Source: an uncultured Pelagibacteraceae bacterium
Lineage (GTDB): Bacteria > Pseudomonadota > Alphaproteobacteria > Pelagibacterales > AG-422-B15
Assembly: GCA_902604225.1 (NCBI GenBank)
Contig: CACKXV010000002.1
Location: 8,799-72,798 of the forward strand
DNA: 64,000 nt
Reading direction: 5' to 3'
Position numbers and translations under genes: made by a program. The notes beneath the pieces were generated by a model. The model did not search any database, was not told the DNA's origin, and saw only the letters and a list, made by a program, of their open reading frames with translations. This document shows positions 37,101-43,353 of this stretch, piece after piece (the first letter of the stretch is position 1; each line of letters opens with the position of its first letter).

Positions 37101-40100
37101 TTGCTAACCAAGCTGCAGCTGACGCTCTTGATCCAGGTGATACTGTTACGGATACATTTACTTACACTGTTAAAGATGATGATGATAAAAATGCTGACAC
37201 CGGTGAACTCGTTATCACCATAACAGGTGTCAATGATGATATTACAGCAGTCAATGATACAGATGCTTTAATTTCTGGTGCAGAAATTATACGAAGTACC
37301 TCAGATACTCAAGAGTTAGACCATGATGATACAGACCCAGATGCGGATGATGTTTCTGGTTCATTTGCAATTACAGCAATCCGAACTGGGGCAAGTGAAG
37401 GTGCTGGGACTGCCAAAACTATTGGCCAAGCTTTCACAACGACATACGGCACAATGACAGTACGAGCAGACGGATCATATACTTATACTGCTGATCAAAG
37501 TGGCTCAACAAGTTTAGGAAACGGAGTCACAGCAACAGACAGTTTCAATTATACCGTTCAAGACCATAATAGTGGAGATACGGACATAGCAACTCTCGTG
37601 ATTACCATCACTGGATCAAATAATCAAAACCCCGTTGCATCAAATGATACAGGTGTCATTATTGAAGATGGGACACTTACTGTTGCCGATGGCGGTTCAG
37701 CAGTAACAGGCTCTGATAGCAATAACAACAATGAGAGTGGTGATACAACAGGAGATGTATTAGTCGGGGATACAGATGCTGATGGTGATACCTTAACAGT
37801 TACTAATATTTCAGGAGGAACAGTTGGAGATCCAGTGACGGGTTCTTTTGGTACACTGACAATTCATTCAACTGGACGTTACAGTTACGAGGCTGATCAA
37901 GCTGCAGCTGACGCTCTTGATCCAGGTGATACCGGAACTGATACTTTTACATATACGGTAGGGGATGGAAATGGTGGATCAGATACAGCAACCCTGATCT
38001 TTACGATAATTGGCGCCGATGATGATCCTGTTGGCGTAAATGACACAGGTTATATCAATGAAGATGCAACTTTGAGTGTTTCAGATGGTGGCTCTGCTGT
38101 AACAGGTTCTGATAGCAATAATAACAATGAGAGTGGTGATACGACAGGGGATGTTTTAGCAAATGATACAGATGCAGACGGGGATGCAAGTCTTGTAGTT
38201 TCCGCGATTTCCGGTGGAACTCTGGGACAAGGTGTTGCGGGCACTTATGGTATCTTGACTTTAAATGCAAATGGTAGCTATTCATATGTAGCTAATCAAA
38301 ATGGTGCGGATGGATTGGCGGCGAATGCAACTGCTACTGATGTGTTCACTTATACTGTAAGTGACGGTGCTGGTACAACCGATACAGCAACCCTTACAAT
38401 TACTGTAAAAGGTGTTGGTCCTGTTGCAAGTAATGATACAGGCAGTGTAAATGAAGATGCAACGTTATCTGTGAGTGCTGGTTCTGGAGTTACATCAAAT
38501 GATACAAGTGGTGATACTGAAAGCTTAGCGGTCACAGCGATTAGAACGGGTACTGAGTCAGGCAGTGGATCTTCTGGTACTGTCGGTCAATCATTAACAG
38601 GTACTTACGGTACACTGACTATGAATGCCGATGGAAGCTATACATATGTTGCTGATCAAGCTGCAGCCGATGCACTCGATCCAAGCGAGACTGCAACAGA
38701 CACATTTACCTACACAGTAGCGGACGATGACGATAAAAATACAGATACTGGCGAGATCGTAATCACTGTTACTGGTACAAATGACACAATTGTTGCGGTT
38801 AATGATACAGATGCTGTGAATGAAGATGCAACAATCACTCGATCAACCAGTGATACGCAGGAACTGGATCATGATGATACAGATGTTGACGGCGACGATG
38901 TTTCAGGATCATTCACGATTACAGCTATTAGAACAGGCACAGAAAGCGGGTCTGGTAACGCTGGAACTATTGGTCAAGCATTAACAGGAACTTACGGTAC
39001 ACTTACGGTTAATGCCGATGGATCATACACATATGTTGCTGATCAAAATGCAGCAGACAGCATTGTGACCGGCAATGCAGCAAATGAAACATTTACTTAT
39101 ACGGTTAGAGATCATAACAGCGGATCCACAGATACTGCAGAGCTTACTTTTATTATAACAGGTATAAATGATGAAAGTCCTGTGGCTGTTGATGATACAG
39201 ACACTGTACCAAAAGGTGAGACAATTACGAGAGCAGCTAATACGACGTCTGCACTTAACGCAGACGATACAGATGCAGATGGTGAGTCGTTAACAATTTC
39301 TGCAATTAGAGTTGGACAAACTGAAGGTGGCGGAGATTCAGGTACACTTGGCAATGCACTCGTTGGAACGTATGGTACGCTTACACTTAGTGCTGATGGA
39401 AGTTACAGCTATGTTGCTGATCAGGCAGCTGCAGATGCATTAAAACGTGGCGAAAGTGCAATAGAGTACTTCAACTACACAGTAACTGATGGAACAAATG
39501 AGGACATTGGTGTACTTGCAATTACCGTTACCGGTAAGAGTGATCCTCCCGTACCGGATGACGACTCACTTGCAATCGATGCAGGTGCGACAGGTGTAAA
39601 AGATGCCTCAAAAGGTGTATTAAACAACGATACAGATCCTGATGGTGACAGCTTAACTGTAAATACGATACGAACAGGTGAGGAAACTGGCACTGGGACA
39701 ACTGGATCAATTGGATCACCTCTTACAGGAGCGTATGGAGATTTAACAATTAACGCTGACGGCAGCTATGAATACAAGGCTAATAATGCGAAGGCATTAA
39801 ATCCAGGTGAAACAGAAACGGAATACTTTACGTATACCGCAACGGATGGAGAAACACCTGTAGAAGCTCAAATTGCCGTAACTGTGACAGGTAAAAATGA
39901 TCCACCTGAAGTTTTATACCCTGTCCGAGATCCAAATACAATTGCAGGTGCAACAATCATTATCAGGCACAAACAGATTTTTGACGATCCAGATACAGGT
40001 ATTTATGATATCGCAGAATACAAGATTATTGATCCTGAAGATGGCACAGAAGTAAGCCTTCCCGATGGACTAAGATTAAAACAAAATAAGATTCATGGAT

Positions 40101-41281
40101 CCATTAGTACACCTGGAACATATTCAATTACGATAAGAGCCATTGATGGTGAAGGGCTTTATGCAGATCATACATTTACAATTACAGTAAACCCTGCGCC
40201 AGGAGAAATGGTTGAAAAGGAAACTACCGATGAAGAAATACCATCCACTTATGATACAGTTGTCATTAAACCAAAGAAAGATTATTTAGCTGCATTACAA
40301 GAAATTAATGAGGGTTCATTAGCTAACACTGATGATGGCTTTAATTTAGGTACTATATCAATTGCCGATACTGCATCTCTTTCAAAACCGCTTAAATTTA
40401 ATGGAGGTTTGAGATTGATGGATGCCGTCGCCAATGAATCATCTGGCAATGAAGAGTCCGATTTATCAGTTGGCGTTAAATTAAATGATGATAACCAAAA
40501 GAATGTTGAAATGTACTCAGGAAAACTATCTGATGGGGAAGCATTACCTGAGTGGATACAAGTCAATCCCGAAACGGGAGAAACAACTGCCGATATGCCC
40601 GAGGGCGTTCAAGAAGTTGAAGTACAGCTTGTTGCTTTAGACAAAGATGGGAACACAAGAGACATTAATATTGTTCTGGATAAAGCAAAAATTAAAAATG
40701 ATCAAAATTTTATTCGAGGTACAGTTGGTCAGACTCAGGTAGTTGTTGACAACGATGCAAATGTAAATCTTATTCGTAAAAGTGAAGGAAAGACTGACCA
40801 AGTCGCATCAAATAATTTAAATGCTGAAACTGATTTCCTAGGAACCATGAAACTAAGTGATATTCAAGTCGATGCAGGGAAGTATACGTTTGATGTTATC
40901 GATGACAATCAATCGAATGTAAAATTGTACAAAGCTGAGATGAAAGATGGAAGCTCTTTACCTGAATGGATTACCATTGATCCAGAAACAGGAGCCATTT
41001 CAGCAGACCCATCAATAGGGCGAACAGGTTCTGCGGCACCAGCATTTTTAACAAATAGTCTTCAATTCCTAGAGTTAAAAATTATTGCTGAAGATGAAGA
41101 TGGTAAAGAGAGAATAATTGAAGTTGATATTAATCTTGATGAAATCGCTACGCCATCTGAAACTGAAGAGCAAGTTGATGAAACTGATGAAGTTTCGTTT
41201 ATTCCCCTTGATGAACAACTTAAGGTACAGTCTCAGAAAATAGATAATTATGGCGAAAAAATTATTAGTCTTGTAAGCTAA
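34166..41281 (+). CDS. giant (2,371 aa) DUF4347 / cadherin-like (VCBS-type) repeat surface protein, putative adhesin
   Basis: N-terminus ..ALEPRLMLDGAA plus a DUF4347-like region (IIFIDS..DAVHIIGHGS..ILFYGCNVAA..DVAASDD). 12 repeats with NDTDxDGD and GTYGxLTxxADGSYTY..TDTFTYTV. C-terminal He_PIG/CADG-like modules. Confidence 0.9.
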   Translation: MSNKLIQALEPRLMLDGAAVATAIDAVDDLAQFQKSESDKSSKADHFKADKDTKLPFVNLDTSAQSAKSRQIIFIDSTVEDIEILINSFDNNTEVHVIQSDQDGFVTMQNILSSQENIDAVHIIGHGSLGQIAFGTAVLNTDTLNAYENILQEIGTSLSENGDILFYGCNVAADQSGEILINQIADITDADVAASDDVTGKGGDWDLEKHTGIIETENVSVVGYQYALDNGVTATQNAVEIHNSNMNFMAGGGDYQNNTGGQTDPGGTRYIVTLERGNVTTGSNLVFDYAVASSSHDPDNDGAVNVYMVFLNDYVNRRSLNDRGIITFDNEILGIFTTPENTIAKSGYDMSTGTYPLTTGSKKVQMRDLEYQNDGVPPGVMGSGDAFTVTGSNKILTMATDNGLKGDFVRVVTRVAATNQDPVGNNDTGAANEDASVSVSAGSGVLSNDTDPDGDSPLTVSAISGGSLGSALDGNYGQLTLSADGSYTYNANKDLADPLDPGDTATDTFTYTVSDGNGGTDTATLTITITGVNDPITAINDTDAVNEDATINRSTSDSQELDHDDTDPDGDDASGSFTITAIRTGREGASGTSGTVGQALTGTYGVLTVDSDGSYSYAATTSGADGLAHGATAIDYFTYTVRDHSGGDTDTAELAITVTGVGPVAANDTGAVDENATLSKNAGAGVIANDTSGDTESLAVTAIRTEAEDSGSGTSGTVGQALTGTYGVLTLDADGSYTYVANTTAAEALDAGDSVTDVFTYTVADDDDASTDTGTLTITITGVDDDPVGVNDTGAVNEDATLDVDQVGSGVLANDTDADTDASLTVSAISGGTVGQAKNGTYGALTLASNGTYTYVANQSGADGLAAGATATDTFTYTVSDGAGTTDTATLTITVTGIGPQAVNDTGAVDEDDTLNVNEASGVISNDDDNSSFDSESLAVTGIRTGTESGSGSAGSINSALTGTYGQLTIQANGSYAYVANQAAADALDPGDTVTDTFTYTVKDDDDKNADTGELVITITGVNDDITAVNDTDALISGAEIIRSTSDTQELDHDDTDPDADDVSGSFAITAIRTGASEGAGTAKTIGQAFTTTYGTMTVRADGSYTYTADQSGSTSLGNGVTATDSFNYTVQDHNSGDTDIATLVITITGSNNQNPVASNDTGVIIEDGTLTVADGGSAVTGSDSNNNNESGDTTGDVLVGDTDADGDTLTVTNISGGTVGDPVTGSFGTLTIHSTGRYSYEADQAAADALDPGDTGTDTFTYTVGDGNGGSDTATLIFTIIGADDDPVGVNDTGYINEDATLSVSDGGSAVTGSDSNNNNESGDTTGDVLANDTDADGDASLVVSAISGGTLGQGVAGTYGILTLNANGSYSYVANQNGADGLAANATATDVFTYTVSDGAGTTDTATLTITVKGVGPVASNDTGSVNEDATLSVSAGSGVTSNDTSGDTESLAVTAIRTGTESGSGSSGTVGQSLTGTYGTLTMNADGSYTYVADQAAADALDPSETATDTFTYTVADDDDKNTDTGEIVITVTGTNDTIVAVNDTDAVNEDATITRSTSDTQELDHDDTDVDGDDVSGSFTITAIRTGTESGSGNAGTIGQALTGTYGTLTVNADGSYTYVADQNAADSIVTGNAANETFTYTVRDHNSGSTDTAELTFIITGINDESPVAVDDTDTVPKGETITRAANTTSALNADDTDADGESLTISAIRVGQTEGGGDSGTLGNALVGTYGTLTLSADGSYSYVADQAAADALKRGESAIEYFNYTVTDGTNEDIGVLAITVTGKSDPPVPDDDSLAIDAGATGVKDASKGVLNNDTDPDGDSLTVNTIRTGEETGTGTTGSIGSPLTGAYGDLTINADGSYEYKANNAKALNPGETETEYFTYTATDGETPVEAQIAVTVTGKNDPPEVLYPVRDPNTIAGATIIIRHKQIFDDPDTGIYDIAEYKIIDPEDGTEVSLPDGLRLKQNKIHGSISTPGTYSITIRAIDGEGLYADHTFTITVNPAPGEMVEKETTDEEIPSTYDTVVIKPKKDYLAALQEINEGSLANTDDGFNLGTISIADTASLSKPLKFNGGLRLMDAVANESSGNEESDLSVGVKLNDDNQKNVEMYSGKLSDGEALPEWIQVNPETGETTADMPEGVQEVEVQLVALDKDGNTRDINIVLDKAKIKNDQNFIRGTVGQTQVVVDNDANVNLIRKSEGKTDQVASNNLNAETDFLGTMKLSDIQVDAGKYTFDVIDDNQSNVKLYKAEMKDGSSLPEWITIDPETGAISADPSIGRTGSAAPAFLTNSLQFLELKIIAEDEDGKERIIEVDINLDEIATPSETEEQVDETDEVSFIPLDEQLKVQSQKIDNYGEKIISLVS
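35420..39908 (+). repeat. array of 12 tandem coding repeats (about 113-131 aa each) inside the giant gene
   Basis: Unit boundaries read from the translation (each ends ..T(L/E)xITxTGxN/GDP). At least three sequence subtypes occur in irregular order. Some DNA stretches are identical or near-identical between units (see the repeat-array finding). Confidence 0.9.
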
Positions 41282-41293
41282 TTCTGTAAATAA

Positions 41294-42013
41294 ATGAATA
41301 AAGTTAAAACATCGTTAGCAGCGTTTTGCTTTCTTTTTATATCTTTTGACGCACTAGCTGAAGAAAGATCAACACGTATTTTAGTTACTGCAACTGAAGA
41401 GGCGACTTTATCAAGTGAAATTTCAGCAAAAATAATCTCTATTCCTGTAAAAGCAGGAAATAACTTTAGTAAATCAGATATTTTAATTGAATTTGACTGT
41501 TCTTTTTTTGAAGCCCAAAAAGATGTTGTTCAAGCAGAACTTGATAGTGCTAGGGTAACTTTAAAAAGCAATCAAGAGCTTGCTGCGATGAGATCTATTG
41601 GAGAGTACGAAGTTCAACTGTCTCAAATAGCAGTCGATCGAGCAGAATCAGAATTAAATATTGCAGAACTCAACACTGATCGTTGTATTATTCGAGCGCC
41701 CTATGACGGAGTCATGTCCAAAGTTTTTGTAAATGAGTACGAAAGTATTGAAAGGCAACAGCCATTGATTGAAATTATTGGGTCAGGCACGTTGGAGGCA
41801 AAACTTATGATATCAAGTAAATGGCTATCATGGTTATCTGAAGGATATCCTCTAAGTATAGTTATTGATGAGAATGGCTTAGAGTATAGTGCACAAATAC
41901 ATTCTTTGGGTGCGGATATAGATCCGGTAAGTCAGACGATTGATGCTACCGCACAATTTGATAAAAATTATGAAACATTACTTCCAGGAATGAGTGGGAC
42001 AGCAACGTTTTGA
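41294..42013 (+). CDS. periplasmic membrane-fusion-protein-like (biotin-lipoyl/HlyD_D23-type) adaptor, short form
   Basis: Signal peptide ..FISFDALA/EE. SEISAKIISIPVKAGNNFSKSDILIEFD (lipoyl-like hairpin), short coiled segment, IRAPYDGVMSKVFVNEYE second lipoyl half. 12 nt after the giant gene. Confidence 0.65.
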   Translation: MNKVKTSLAAFCFLFISFDALAEERSTRILVTATEEATLSSEISAKIISIPVKAGNNFSKSDILIEFDCSFFEAQKDVVQAELDSARVTLKSNQELAAMRSIGEYEVQLSQIAVDRAESELNIAELNTDRCIIRAPYDGVMSKVFVNEYESIERQQPLIEIIGSGTLEAKLMISSKWLSWLSEGYPLSIVIDENGLEYSAQIHSLGADIDPVSQTIDATAQFDKNYETLLPGMSGTATF

Positions 42014-43353
42014 ATGATAATTCTTCAATAAAAATTGCACGACTAATTACACTTGAAAAAAAGTTTCGTAATGCTGATAGTGAAATAGAACTTGGTTTTA
42101 TTTGTGCAAACGAATTACGGAGTATAGTTGACTATAATTTCTTATTTCTTCTCAACAGATCAAGCATAAACCGGCTTAAAGTGAATACTATTTCTGATTT
42201 ATCAGTCATTGATAGAACTGCTCCAACCGTTACCTTTATTGAGGGATTGCTCAATAAGAAAGGAATGATCAATAGTGATGAAGTATCTACAATTAGTCTT
42301 CAAAGCCTTGATTTAGACAAAGTAAATCTAAGTATCCCTGAAAATTTTCCAAATCATTTAGTTTTTGTTCCTTTGTCTTCTCGAATAGAAAAAAATATTG
42401 GTTACTTAGTTCTTGTAAGAACAGAACCAGTTACAAGTTCAGAAAAAGATTTATTATTACACATTTCTGAAAGCTTTAGCCACGCGCTCACTGCATTTGG
42501 TTCAAAAAAAACGGTTTTAACAAGTATCAGTCGTATATTTACAGGGTGGGTAAAGTGGCTAGTGATTGCATCCATAACTGTGGTGATGTTCTTTCCTATT
42601 AGCATGTCAGCTTTGGCACCAGTAGAAGTGGTTGCAAAAGATCCAACCATTGTCACATCACCTGTGAACGGTGTTGTTGAAAAAGTTTTAATTAAGACCA
42701 ACGAAAATGTAAAACCAGGTACGCAACTAGTTAAACTGGATGATTTAAATTTTAAAAATCAGTATGAAATTGCACTTCAAAAACTTGAAGTAGCTGAAGC
42801 TGAGCTGTTAAGAGTTAAGCAGTCATCATTTTCAAATGAAGATGATAAAGCACGCCTGGTTGAGCTTTCAACTGAAGTAGGGTTAAGGAAAAAAGAAGCT
42901 ACTTATGCAGAAGAACAATTGAAGTATTCAATCATTTCTGCAGAGCGAGAAGGTATAGCCGTAGTTGAAGACTTTACTGATTGGCAAGGGAGACCTGTTA
43001 CCATTGGCGAAAAAATATTAACTATAGCTGATCCTCAACGCATTGAATTTCAAATCTTTTTACCTACTAAAGATTCTCTTTTGATTAAAAAAGAAGCCAG
43101 AGTAAAAGTGTTTTTAGATAGTGACCCTCTTAATTCTCTTGAAGGAGAAGTCTTGCGTACTTCTTATAAGCCTGCTCTTACGGCTGAGAATATTTTAGCA
43201 TATCAGATTTTTGCAAAATTAGATGAAAACCAAGGAGAAGTTCCAAGAATAGGTTTGCGAGGTACAGCAAAAATTTACGGAGAAAAAACAAGTATTTTTT
43301 ACTACATATTCCGTGTTCCTATAAATCTTATGAGACAATTTTTAGGTTTTTAG
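42010..43353 (+). CDS. HlyD-family membrane fusion protein with an N-terminal GAF-like cytoplasmic domain
   Basis: TTG start overlapping the upstream TGA (TTGA). About 170 aa GAF-like (..HLVFVPLSS..NIGYLVLVRTEP..). One TM (WLVIASITVVMFFPISMSALA). Then VTSPVNGVVEKVLIKTNENVKPGTQLVKLDD plus coiled coil. Confidence 0.7.
   Translation: MNDNSSIKIARLITLEKKFRNADSEIELGFICANELRSIVDYNFLFLLNRSSINRLKVNTISDLSVIDRTAPTVTFIEGLLNKKGMINSDEVSTISLQSLDLDKVNLSIPENFPNHLVFVPLSSRIEKNIGYLVLVRTEPVTSSEKDLLLHISESFSHALTAFGSKKTVLTSISRIFTGWVKWLVIASITVVMFFPISMSALAPVEVVAKDPTIVTSPVNGVVEKVLIKTNENVKPGTQLVKLDDLNFKNQYEIALQKLEVAEAELLRVKQSSFSNEDDKARLVELSTEVGLRKKEATYAEEQLKYSIISAEREGIAVVEDFTDWQGRPVTIGEKILTIADPQRIEFQIFLPTKDSLLIKKEARVKVFLDSDPLNSLEGEVLRTSYKPALTAENILAYQIFAKLDENQGEVPRIGLRGTAKIYGEKTSIFYYIFRVPINLMRQFLGF

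Noticed and set aside
35420-39908. Periodic repeats considered as a possible CRISPR or other non-coding array
   Set aside because: The period is about 340-390 bp. The units are divergent and lie in one continuous reading frame with conserved protein motifs. There are no short direct repeats with unique spacers and no cas genes in the window.
36445-40566. Multiple antisense ORFs (36445-36687, 38050-38285, 38350-38535, 39112-39354, 39475-39719, 40282-40566) inside the giant gene
   Set aside because: They are shadow frames of a long, repeat-rich sense ORF. Their products are low-complexity S/P/T/V strings, they recur because the sense repeats recur, and they have no start context. They are not genes.
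34166-41281. RTX (GGxGxDxxx) nonapeptide repeats or a recognisable T1SS C-terminal signal in the giant protein
   Set aside because: I read the translation and found Dx(D/N)xDGD cadherin-like calcium motifs but no glycine-rich nonapeptide runs. An HMM scan is still needed, so I report this as an absence rather than a feature.
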